Counted from the stretch's first letter, positions 49,558-60,639 are shown. The stretch: DNA of 64,000 nt from Octopus sinensis (GCF_006345805.1 NC_043010.1:12152001-12216000); one strand, 5' to 3'. Numbers and translations are program-made. Notes: a model not told the origin generated them from the letters alone.

Positions 49558-49935
49558 GTGGAGGCGCAATGGCCCAGGGGTTAGGGCAGCGGACTCGCGG
49601 TCATAAGATCGTGGTTTCGATTCCTAGACCGGGCGTTGTGAGTGTTTATTGAGCGAAAACACCTAAAAGCCCCACGAGGCTCCGGCAGGAGATGGTGGTG
49701 ATCCCTGCTGTACTCTTTCACCACAACTTTCTCTCACTCTTACTTCCTGTTTCTGTTGTACCTGTATTTCAAGGGGCTGGCCTTGTCACTCTCTGTGAAT
49801 ATTCCCGAGAACTACGTTAAGGGTGCACGTGTCTGTGGAGTGCTCAGCCACTTACACATTAATTTCACGAGCAGGCTGTTCCGTTGATTCGGATCAACCG
49901 GAACCCTCATCGTCGTAACCGACGGAGTGCTTCCA
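49558..49935 (+). mobile_element. tRNA-headed SINE (long subtype)
   Basis: TSD tatcagctaga. Confidence 0.85.
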
Positions 49936-50350
49936 CTATCAGCTAGAATCTCTCAGAATCTAGCTGGAGGTTCTTTTACCTTCCATGTCATCTTTCTCCA
50001 AATTGTACTCTGTCTCTGAGTCTATCAATCTCATACTCTAAAGTAACTAATCACTCATCTATGCTGGTGCTTTCTTCACTAGAGAAACACTTAGCTTTTA
50101 CAAGCATCTACCTGTCTTGTTTGCTCATGAGAATGAAGTCGGTGTTTGCCTAATATTTAGATGATAAGGTGGCTGGTCAACTACTTGAATTTCTGTTGTA
50201 AATGTTTGCACCATATAACTTGAGTTTTGATCACAAAACTATAAGCTATCATAATATTGTTTCATTATGCTAAAGGTTTTTATGATAATAAGCTAGACAA
50301 CAATTGAGGTTATTGAAAAATTTATATTTAGGTAACTTATATTGTTAGAA

Positions 50351-50655
50351 GTGGAGGCACATGGCCTAGAGGTTAGAACAGCGGACTTGCGGTTGAGGGA
50401 TCGTGGGTTCGAATCTCAGACAGGGCAATGTGTGTGTTTATGAGCAAAACACCTAAGTTCCATGTGGCTCCAGCAGAAAGTAATGGCAAACTTCTGCTGA
50501 CTCTTTCGCCACAATTTTCTCTCACTCTTTCCTCCTATATCTAGCAGCTCACCTGCAATGGACCAGCGTCCATCCAGGTGGGAAACCTATACGCCAATGG
50601 AACTGGAGAAACTGGTCCATTATGAGCCAGGCATGGCTTGAGAAGGAACAAACAT
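50351..50655 (+). mobile_element. tRNA-headed SINE, family 3
   Basis: Similarity to other copies. Confidence 0.8.
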
Positions 50656-50847
50656 ATTGTTAGAAACAATGCCAAATATTTAGCACAGCTCAGCAGGTGT
50701 AAATTTCATAGTATCACATTATTCAGATAAGAACCTCTCTGTACACAATATGTTTTGTAACATAACTGAACACAGGCTTAAATGTTGGACAAGAATTATG
50801 AGAGAAAAAAAAACTAAATTAAGTAGAAAAATATAAAATCAAATTTA

Positions 50848-51143
50848 TTAGACTTTATACAAATGTTTGATACAATAAATGAGAGCAGCAAATTTATCAT
50901 TATTCCTAAAATGAGATCTCCACATAAATTCGGTTAAATAAGAGTGAAATAAGGCTTTATTATTTATTGAATGTTTACGTTGCAATTTTTGTTTAACTCT
51001 CAGCCACATCCCATCAATATTTTGGGTGTGGATCTCCGGATCATTTGGATTTTCATAGTCTATATATTCATGAGTGTATATGCCTTGTTCAATCTGGTCA
51101 ATTTGAAGATATTCAGCCCATATATCTGATATAATATGAGTGC
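50848..51143 (-). CDS. Merlin-derived gene C, exon 2
   Basis: Acceptor cattacag|GC. Open frame: (G)THIISDIWAEYLQIDQIEQGIYTHEYIDYENPNDPEIHTQNIDGMWLRVKQKLQRKHSINNKALFHSYLTEFMWRSHFRNNDKFAALIYCIKHLYKV*. Confidence 0.88.
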
Positions 51144-51256
51144 CTGTAATGAAGATGATAGTTTATACAGAAATGATGACTTATTTGTAGAACTAAAATG
51201 AGGTGTTTCATTAATACATTTTCCAAAGGACAAAATGAGCAAAAAGATTTAATCAA

Positions 51257-51705
51257 GTGGACCAGGGGCAAATTGGCTGTGCATCAGGACCCCTACTTTC
51301 GGTGACCACAGCCACCTCCCCAGAACCTGATTCCAATGTCTTTCCTTGGGCATGGATACATTGAAACTCTGACGTCCGGCAGCTGACTTGGCAGACACCC
51401 ATAAAATTATTAACCATTTTACAAACTAACTCTGAGCACCTTTTCAAACTCCACCTGTCTAACACCCGTGGACATATTTACAAAGTCAGAAAACAGCACA
51501 ACTCCCATGACTTTAGGAAACATTTTTTCACGCTGAGAGTTGCTGAAGCATGGAACAAACTGCCGGCATCAGTTGTTAGTTGTCAGAGCACTGCATCCTT
51601 CAAAACTTCCATGCTTCCTGAGATTCGCCAACACTACACCTGATTTCCCCCCCTCCATACACACGCAAGCATGTATCTGACTCATACACTGTTCACTTTC
51701 CAGAT
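51257..51705 (+). mobile_element. CR1-type LINE 3' fragment
   Basis: TRGHIYKVRKQH...FFTLRVAEAWNKLPASVV. Lies in the intron of gene C. Confidence 0.8.
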
Positions 51706-51840
51706 ATTTCCCATTTTTGTAACTTTTTCTAACAAGTAAACATCATTTTCTTGGAGAGTTGCGCTTCTAAATTGTTAGTGCGATAGGGAAAAAGAAAAAA
51801 ATTTAGCCAAGGATTGTGACCTTTGAATATCAGGCTCTGC

Positions 51841-52268
51841 GGTACTACTTAAGAAGAGTGGTCCCGGTGCGCGCACTCGCGCATCCGCACTAGTTAGTCG
51901 TGACTAGTCGATCCTACAACGACTACCTAGCAAAGTAAATAAAACACAAAATAAATCATTTTTTTACACAAAGTAAATAATTTTTTGGATCTTTTCTAAA
52001 AGAAGGCCAGATTTTTCTAGTTAACTAAATAATTTGAAACTTCGTATACTGGTAGAATGTGTCAAAAGAAAACATTAATTTCAACTAGTTTTTTTGAGAA
52101 AAATGTATTTTATAAGTTTAAACGTAGTTTAAATCTGCAATTTTAACCAATTGTATTGTCTGTTTTGTTAAAACAAAGTACATAAAACGCAAAAACACAA
52201 AGTAAGGATCGACTAGTTAGCGCGGATGCGCGAGTACGCGCACCGGGATCACTCTTCTAAGTAGTACC
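51841..52268. mobile_element. GGTACTACT-family MITE, Merlin-like
   Basis: Long TIR GGTACTACTTAAGAAGAGTGGTCCCGGTGCGCG; perfect 9-bp TSD aggctctgc. Confidence 0.9.
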
Positions 52269-52404
52269 AGGCTCTGCTTTCATTTTTCAAACTACAGCTG
52301 GTATAATTTTGTTTAATCCGGTCTCCTGAAGTTAAACTACAATATATACATATCTTTAAAAGACCCTTCCGTTTGTGTGTGTGTTTCAAATTCGAAGAGT
52401 CCAG

Positions 52405-52620
52405 ATATATATATGCGTGTGTGTCTGTGTTTGTCCCCCTAGCATTGCTTGACAACCGATGCTGGTGTGTTTATGTCCCCGTTACTTAGCGATTCGGCAA
52501 AAAGAGACCGATAGAATAAGTACTGGGCTTACAAAAGAATAAGTCCCGGGGTCGAGTTGATCGATTAAAGGCGGTGCCCCAGCATGGCCGCAGTCAAATG
52601 ACTGAAACAAGTAAAAGAAT
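52405..52620 (+). mobile_element. SINE family 2, 3' half
   Basis: Similarity to other copies. Confidence 0.8.
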
Positions 52621-52877
52621 AAACTATTCATTTTAAGTATTGTTAAATATTAACCGTTGTTTAGTCCTAGGTCGCTGGCCGTCAAAAGAAATTGTAGAAG
52701 AAGCAGTTTGACAACGTGCCCCCTTTATCTAAGAATCCCCAACAGGGAGAACGAAAGAAAAGTAAAGGCAAAGCTGGATTTTAGGAATAGTATATCGAAA
52801 CGACGACCACACAAACCAAAGGAAGGCGAAAGTAAAGAATACGAACACCCGGTGTTTAGGGTTAGGGTTAAGGTTAC

Positions 52878-53102
52878 GGCGAGGTGGCAGAAACGTTAGC
52901 ACGCCGGCCGAAATGCTTAGCGGGATTTCGTCTGCCGCTACGTTCTGAGTTCAAATTCCGCCGAGGTCGACTTTGCCTTTCATCCTTTCGGGGTCGATTA
53001 AATAAGTACCAGTTACGCACTGGGGTCGATATAATCGATTTAATCCGTTTGTCCTTGTTTATCTCCTCTGTGTTTAGCCCCTTGTGGGTAGTAAAGAAAT
53101 AG
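52878..53102 (+). mobile_element. SINE family 1
   Basis: TSD ggttaaggttacg. Confidence 0.85.
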
Positions 53103-53177
53103 GTTAAGGTTACGCCGAAAATGGGTGATGTGCGTATTCTTTACCTCCGCTCCAAAGGAAACTTGATTTTGTCATAC

Positions 53178-53868
53178 CTGGTAAAATCCATCGGATAATT
53201 GCAGCTTCGAACGCGTCTTTATTTTCATGTTCAATAGGTACAAGGAAACATTTGTCAGTGCCACGTTCGATCCCACCAAAAACACGAAATCCTTTCAAAT
53301 GCCTTTTATTGGATTTAGATCTGGAAAATGTAGTTATATCTATTTCGACGACTTTTGGTTCACCTGTCTGTAAATCGAAGCCGCCTATCTCAGGTGCGTC
53401 ATCTATTTCAGTGGGATGGTCTTCCAGAAACCGTTCTAGTAGTTCTCGGATGAGCCTGAACAGGTCAATAGTTGACTTTGCACAAACATTTGTCTCATGA
53501 GTGATTTCATTATGTAGATAATCTCTTGACCACATATACATAAGCCATATGAATGTTGTCAGCGAGAGGTGACTATTCTCGAAAAAGGACCCCTTCCGGA
53601 TCGATCGGACGAAGTTATGCTTCCGACATCTCCACCGTTTTCCATCGATAATATCTTTCTGGTTTATAAATGTACATTGTTTGTCACAAACGAGACACCT
53701 AAAAGAATTGCTTATGAGTTTATATCTTGCTAACCATGTAACTGCTACATCTTTTGTGGAAGTTTGTTGAAAGAGATCAGAAAATGTCCAAGACTCTTGC
53801 CTAATGTTTTCGTCATCGACGATGTCGGTGCAAATCACTTTCCGAATTGGGCGATTACCGCGGGACAT
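53178..53868 (-). CDS. Merlin-derived gene C, exon 1 (691 nt; joins 51143-50848; 328 aa total)
   Basis: ATG at 53868 (MSRGN...). Same motifs; donor CAG|GTATGA at 53178. Confidence 0.9.
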
Positions 53869-53899
53869 GGCAAAGAACGTAAACAATAATATTGGCTTT

Positions 53900-53939
53900 A
53901 TGCGAAACTAATGCTATGAAAAAATTACTAATTTCGTAT
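53900..53939. promoter_or_regulatory. Conserved dyad upstream of gene C
   Basis: ATGCGAAACT-N20-AATTTCGTAT, 32 bp upstream of the ATG. Confidence 0.45.
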
Positions 53940-53968
53940 AAATTGCTTTACGTTACGGAAAATGTTCG

Positions 53969-54294
53969 GGCACTACTGAACTATAGAGGTCCCGATGCAT
54001 CTACGTAACGATATGTTTATACAGCAGTGGTTTTCAACCAGGGTTCCCCCCAGTACAGTCCAGGGGTTCCGCAAGAAGTTACAAAACTGCTAAAATCGGC
54101 AGTAATTTTTAATTCTCCTGTGCAGATATTTGTGCATAAAACCATTAAATTATTGCACAGGGGTTCCTCGAGCCAGTGAAATGTTTCCTTGGGGTTCCGC
54201 TCCAGCAAAAAGTTTGAAAAGCACTGTTTTAGGGGGTTAGGATTAGAGTTAGGTTTATGTAGATGCGTTGGGGCCTCTGTATTTAAGTAGTACC
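53969..54294. mobile_element. GGTACTACTTAAATACAG-type MITE with nested hAT MITE (54025-54226)
   Basis: GGCACTACTGAACTATAGAGGTCCC / GGGCCTCTGTATTTAAGTAGTACC; the nested element is homologous to 1433-1731. Confidence 0.75.
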
Positions 54295-54388
54295 AAAATT
54301 CGTTGTTAATACACAAAATAATTAATCTGAATTTCCCTTAGTTCCATAAATAATTTGTTTGAAGTATTACAAAAGTAATGTGATCTGA

Positions 54389-54894
54389 GGTACTACTAGC
54401 GAATAGTGGTCCCAGTGCGCGCGCTCGCGTATTCACGCTAGCTAGTCGTGACAAGTCGATCCTTACTTTGTGTGTTATTTACTTTGTTTAAAAAATTACT
54501 TACTTTGCGTTTTTGTGTTTTATTTATTTTGTTTAACAAAACTTATTTACTTTGGGTAAAAAAATTATTTATTTTGTGTTTTATTTACTTCGCTAGGTAG
54601 TCGTTGTAGGATCGACTATTTACGACTAGCTAGTGCGGATGCGCAACTGCGTGTTCGCTAGTAGTACCTATTTCTTTACTATCCACAAGGGGCTAAACAT
54701 AGAGAGGACAAACAAGGACAGACATAGGTATTTAGTCGATTACATCGAATCCAGTGCGTAACTGGTACTTAATTTATCGACCCCGAAAGGATGAAAGGTA
54801 AAGTCGACCTCGGTGGAATTTGAACTCACAACGTAACGGCAGACGAAATACTGCTAAGCATTTCGCCCGGCGTGTTAACGATTCTGCCAGTACC
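54389..54894. mobile_element. GGTACTACTAGCGAA-family MITE with a family 1 SINE (54669-54888, minus strand) in its right TIR
   Basis: Perfect 9-bp TSD gtgatctga (54380-54388 / 54895-54903); SINE TSD agtacc. Confidence 0.85.
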
Positions 54895-55086
54895 GTGATC
54901 TGATATATTGGCGATATACTTAATATTTTGAGGTTATAAGCTTCGCTGTGTAATATAAACAAACCTTTATGCATCTCCGCGGCGTGCAAAATATTGGAAT
55001 TGCCCTGACTATTTGTAGATTTATTGAGAACACGTGACTTCGTTTTATGGCCCAGAGAAATTTATAGGGTATAGCTATAGTTTATA

Positions 55087-55375
55087 GGCACAGGCATGGT
55101 TGTGTCGTAAGAAATTTGCTTCCTAACCACATGGTTCTGGGTTCAATCCCACTGCGTAGCATCTTGGGCAAATGTCTTCTACTAGAGCCTCGGGTCAGCC
55201 AAAGCCTTGTGAGTGGATTTGATAGACGAAAACATATATATATATATGTATGTGTGAGTGTGTGTGTGTGTCCTGCCACGCTTGACAACCGATGCTAGTG
55301 TGTTGATGACCCCCGTAACTTAGCGTTTCGGCAAAGAGACCGGCAGAATAACTACTAGGTTTATAAAGATAAGTC
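55087..55375 (+). mobile_element. SINE family 2, older copy
   Basis: Similarity to other copies. Confidence 0.75.
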
Positions 55376-55820
55376 TGAGAGGGGGAAAAATCGTTAGTCC
55401 GGCAAAATGTTTCTGTTTCTCGGACAAACGATTGTGGATTAAACGTTTTAAAAAATACAACTATTTATATCAAGCACGTGGTCGTTCGAAATAACATTGT
55501 CATGCGTTGGTCGACAGTTTCATATTTCCAAACAGAACTCGCTACCAAAACGACCGAATATTTCGTTGCCCGTGGATACATATAAACATTTCACAACGAG
55601 GCTTACAATTCAACCGTCCCAAGTACACCTACTTTTAAAAAGAATTTAGATTAACCTGTTCACACTGTGATGAGCGTCTTTAACTCAGGTCGTGACTTTT
55701 CCTTTTCGAGGATATGTGCCCCCCCCCCCTCCTCCATCACTTCTCCACCACCGCCTTCCGCTTCTTTGCCCCCACCCCCTCATTTTCTTTTCTTTTATAG
55801 TCATCTTTTTTATGTGTAAA

Positions 55821-56218
55821 TCTTTATATATAAAAGTGAGGTTGTGTGGTGTCTGTCTCCTACGTTTTAGATTCCTAAACTACTCCCACATTTTGCGGTG
55901 CAGTTTAACCAAAACCGGGTATCTTATAGTCGTGATTCATATCGAGCCCTTCTGGGTATTAGCGCGCGTCTACGATGAGTCTACGATTTTTAAAAAAATT
56001 TACCATAATTTTTTCCCATTTTAATGTATTTTTCGCTATTATATAAGGGAAGTAACTCTCTAAAAATGTCTACGATGAGTCAACGATTTAAAAAATTTAC
56101 CATAATTTTTTTCCCATTTTTAATGTATTTTTTTGCTAATTTTTGGCTATAACTCTCTAAAAATGCTTATATAGTTATTTCCCTTACAAACCCGAGCAAC
56201 GCCGGGCGATACTGCTAG
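55821..56218 (+). mobile_element. Non-autonomous Helitron
   Basis: A|TC...CCCGAGCAACGCCGGG...CTAG|T. Confidence 0.85.
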
Positions 56219-56449
56219 TTAGTTAATAAAAGTATTATGCATATAGAAAAAAAAATTTACTTTAAAATTATTCTTATCCATTAACCTTTTATTTTCCCTT
56301 CATGGGGATCTTGTTAAATTTTTTCCAATTTCTTGAAGTATTGAAAATTTTTGGAATATCACTAGTCTTTCAGGAATTAATGTTCCGTGATTAAACAGAG
56401 ACAACTGAGTTTTAAGATATTAGAATACTGATTCATAAGTTTCCATTTA

Positions 56450-57013
56450 CAGGGTAGGGCAGAGAGGACAGCTGTTTTTGAAATGGCTATTGCTCAGCCC
56501 CAGGGAGAGGGACATATGTCCAACAGGTGCCATTTCATCCATGGTGTCTTAGCATTTTGTTTTTTCAAGTGAAGCCCTAGCACTGTGGACGATAGAGCAT
56601 CGTGTGTTTGCCTACAACAGTTATGCATCAGACAAGCTTTGATACGGAGTCCAAATAGCTCTGCTCGGAGGCATTCCTTGGAACTTGTCATCGGTAATCG
56701 ATCAGTAAAGCATATTTTGCATGAAGACCTGCATTTCCACCCGTACAAATTGGTCATTGGGCAACAGTTGAAACCATGGGACTATGCATAGAGTAATGCT
56801 GGAGAGAGTGAGGCCAACTTCCAAGAACACCTTCAGATATGCATCAATGAAAACGGACACCACATGACGGATGCTGTTTTCCACACTAAATTTTGCTAAT
56901 TCAATTGAATGCAAATTCAATACGAACACATTGATGTCAATAAAATTTGTTTGCAGCTAAAATTAGTGATTTTGTGAATTTTTCAAAATGTCCATCCTCT
57001 CTGCCCCACCCGA
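56450..57013 (+). mobile_element. Internally deleted Tc1/mariner element
   Basis: TA-flanked TIR CAGGGTRGGGCAGAGAGGA; transposase remnant RSPNSSARRHSLEL...ILHEDLHFHPYKL. Confidence 0.75.
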
Positions 57014-57361
57014 TACAAAGTAAAATCATAATTGCTATTCTGTTTCAGGTCCAGCTCAAGCTCCATCTTTTTTGCTTCCTACAATGCACCTGAAATTAAA
57101 TTGCTTCCTACAGTGCACCTGAAAATAAATTTTATTTTATTTATTTAATGCTAAAATTTAACAGGAGACAATTTATTCGTAATTGTCTCCCTTCTGTGTG
57201 ATGACAACGAAAAGGGAATAGTGTTGGGTCTTGTAGATCGCTCGTCGATTGTCATATGAACAAAGTGTCCCTGTCAAAAGCTGTTTAAACATTTTCATAT
57301 TTAATAATGGATACATGTTTGTATGTAAATGCACACACAACATACATATATGAGCATATAC

Positions 57362-57745
57362 TGTTTTACTTGTTTCAGTCATTTGACTGTGGCCATGCTG
57401 GGGCACCACTTTTAGTCGAGCAAATCGACTCCAGGACTTATTCTTTGTAAACCTAGTACTTATTCTATCGGTCTCTTTTGCCGAACCGGGGATGTAAACA
57501 CACCGGCATCGGTTGTCAAGCGATATTGGGGGTACAAACACACACACACATATATATAAATAAATATATATATATATATATATATATAGATGATGGGCTT
57601 CTTTCAGTTTCCGTCTACCAAATCCACTCACAAGGCTTTGGTCGGCCCGAGGCTATAGCAGAAGACACTTGCCCAAGGTGCCACACAGTGGGACTGAACC
57701 CGAAACCATGTGGTTCGTAAGCAAGCTACTTACCACACAGCCACA
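57362..57745 (-). mobile_element. SINE family 2
   Basis: Similarity to other copies. Confidence 0.85.
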
Positions 57746-58916
57746 TATATATAATATGCATATTCATATATGTATAGATCATCATCTACATATTCACACA
57801 CACACACACAGACAATGTTGCATACAACATGCTATATGGGACCCTTCTGTTGATAGAAGCAATACTGTTGGACATTGCTGAAAACTGTCATCTCCAGTAA
57901 ACAGTTGATAAAGGAAGACAATGTCCAGGTTACTTTAGCCTATACTGTAGCACACTTATTTTTCATCCATGCAACCACCCCACCAAAATATATGTATGTA
58001 TGTCATTGTCCTGTTATATTTCAAAATTTTGCGCAAATAGAGAAAGAGCCAGATTATAACCTAGATCCAAGGCTCCTTCATCGGAATTTCATCATCAACA
58101 ACAGGATATTTTTGTTTGTTTGTATACATGCAGTTTTGTACGCTTTGTTTTATGTATGTCTTCTCATCCATATACTTGCATATACAGTTAATCCAAACAA
58201 GAAAGCACAATAAAACACAACAACATGAGGATGTGGAACAAATATAGTATTATTGGACGCTAAGGAAAGTAGGAGGGTTTAACGTTTCGAGCAGAGCTCT
58301 TCGTCAGAAACATAGGAGAAGGAATGATCCAGAGAAGGGAAGACAGAGGGAAATAAAATCGCCAACGGTACACACGAGGTCACATATCTAGACATGCTCA
58401 TATATACTTAAATGACAAACTTCTGGAAAGTTTTGCTGATTACGTATATATGTATGTATGTATGTAAGTACGTATGTACGTATGTATGTATGTATGTATA
58501 TTTTCCTATGTATGTGTATGAATGTAAATGCATACAGATTTATATAACAAGGTACTAATAGAGCTGATACTGTTACATTTTGTTTTTCTTTGCGGGGCGG
58601 GGTCGACATTTCAAGACAGCATAGTGTGATTTGAGGGAAATGTTACTTCTATTTCTAGCAGGCCACATGATTATATCGAGGCTCCCCCTTTAGCTCGATT
58701 TGGTATTCTTATATAGCAAAGTGATTCCTATTCTGAACGTTGCAATCGCCCAATAAACAGGGGAGATAACAAAATTCATAATTCAATCTACAGCATTATT
58801 TTTTTCCCTAGGTTGTTCCCCCTTGCAGTAATTAACTTGAACGTAAAAAAACCATTAAAAAGGGGGGGGGGGGCAAAACATATCTTGTCAAATACATTTC
58901 TGTATTTGTATATATA

Positions 58917-59205
58917 GTGGAGGCGCAATGACTCAGTGGTTAGAGCAGCGGAGTCGCGATCGGAGAATCGTGTATTTATTGAGCGAAAACACCTAAATCT
59001 CCACGAGGGTCCAGTAGGTGATGGTGGTGACCCCTGTTGTACTCTTTCACCCCAAATTTCTCTCACTCTTTCGTCCTGTTTCTTGAGTAACGCTGCGATG
59101 GACTGGCATCCCGTCCAGCTGGGGGGAGGGGACACATACGCCATAGAAACCAGGAAACCGGGCTCATGAGACTGGCTAGGCTTGAAAAGGGGACATAAAT
59201 AAATT
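58917..59205 (+). mobile_element. tRNA-headed SINE, family 3
   Basis: Similarity to other copies. Confidence 0.8.
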
Positions 59206-59588
59206 TGTATAGATGCACACTAGTTGAACAGGGGAAACGATGTGATCGACTTATTTTCGCACCCAACATCACAAAATGCGTCTGAATGAACATTGCCGGA
59301 CAGCAAATAGAAACTCGGACATTGCTTAGAAAATAATTTTCATTTTTAACCTCGTATGTAGTACGCACTTGAGATTTTGACCTTTAAATTTTGTGGGAAA
59401 AGTGCGGATTTTACACGAGGATTTACGGTACAAAGCCCTCTTCATTTTTGTAATAGTAAAGTCTGAGATCAAATATAGACTACTTAATTATTATAAAAAT
59501 TGGAAACTGGAAGATTTCCTTATAGTTCTTAAATGTGCTGTTCATTGATCATATATTAGGACATTCTATATGGATTTCTGTATTTAAA

Positions 59589-59910
59589 TCATCATCATCA
59601 TCATCGTCGGTTAAGGTCCACTTTCCATGTTAGCATGGGTTGGACGGTTCAACTGGGGTCTGGGAAGCCAGAAGGCTGCACCAGGCCCAGTCTGATCTGG
59701 CAGTGTTTCTACAGCTGGATGCCCTTCCTAACACCAACCACTCCGTGAGTGTAATGGGTGCTTTTTACGTGTCACCGGCACAGGTGCCAGATGAGGCTGG
59801 CAAACATCCACGATCAGATGGTGCTTTTTACGTGCCACCGGCACGGAGATCAGACGAAGCTGGCAACGGCCACGGTCGGATGGTGCTTTTTACGTGCCAC
59901 CGGCACGGAA
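59589..59910 (-). mobile_element. RTE 3'-tail-derived element
   Basis: Shared 3' end. Confidence 0.8.
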
Positions 59911-60297
59911 GCCAGTGGGACTGAACCCGGAACCATGTGGTTGGTAAACAAGCTACTTACCACACAGCCACTCCTGCGCATTTTCTACTATCAAAATGTA
60001 CTAATTTTGTCAATGACAACCAATCTTACAGAAATTTCTTGAGTCAGCTTATTTTACGATTTGATGGTACACATTCCAGAGATCATAACTTGCTCATACT
60101 TCACATGTGTACACATCATACCTGAACCTAATATCTGTATTTATTCACCATCGAGTAATTCATTTCTTTTTACAGGATTTATAAGCCTGCCTTTTGCATG
60201 AAAACAGGAATCTTTTTTTTGTAAATAACTTCAGTAATAACTTCCTAACTGTCTTCAAAATTCTTCCTTTCTTTAATTAATTAAAATGTCTTCTTTA

Positions 60298-60575
60298 CAG
60301 CCAAAGTCAGAAAACAGCACAGCTCCCATGACTTTAGGAAACATTTTTTCACGCTGAGAGTTGCTGAAGCATGGAACAAACTGCCGGCATCAGTTGTTAG
60401 TTGTCGGAGCACTGCATCCTTCAAAACTTCCATGCTTTCTGAGATTCGCCAACACTACACCTGATCTTCTCCCCTCCATACACACACAAGCATACACTGT
60501 TCGCTTTCCAGACATTTGTACATTACTGCAAATGCTCTGACAAGTTGTGGTGCACCTGAGCACTGTATACAATAA
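60298..60575 (+). mobile_element. CR1-type LINE 3' fragment
   Basis: Homolog of 51490-51705. Confidence 0.8.
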
Positions 60576-60639
60576 TTTCATTATTATTATCATTATTATT
60601 ATTATTATTGTTATTATTATTATTATTATAATAATCCTT

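Noticed and set aside
49558-49640. tRNA genes at SINE heads (4033, 10799, 24300, 32260, 49558, 50351, 58917)
   Set aside because: A/B boxes are present, but no complete cloverleaf or acceptor stem; each runs into a SINE body, some with TSDs.
20477-53868. Bacterial IS1595/IS1016 contamination, or autonomous Merlin transposons
   Set aside because: The genes have spliceosomal introns filled with host SINEs, I found no TIR/TSD around them, and the catalytic motifs are altered.
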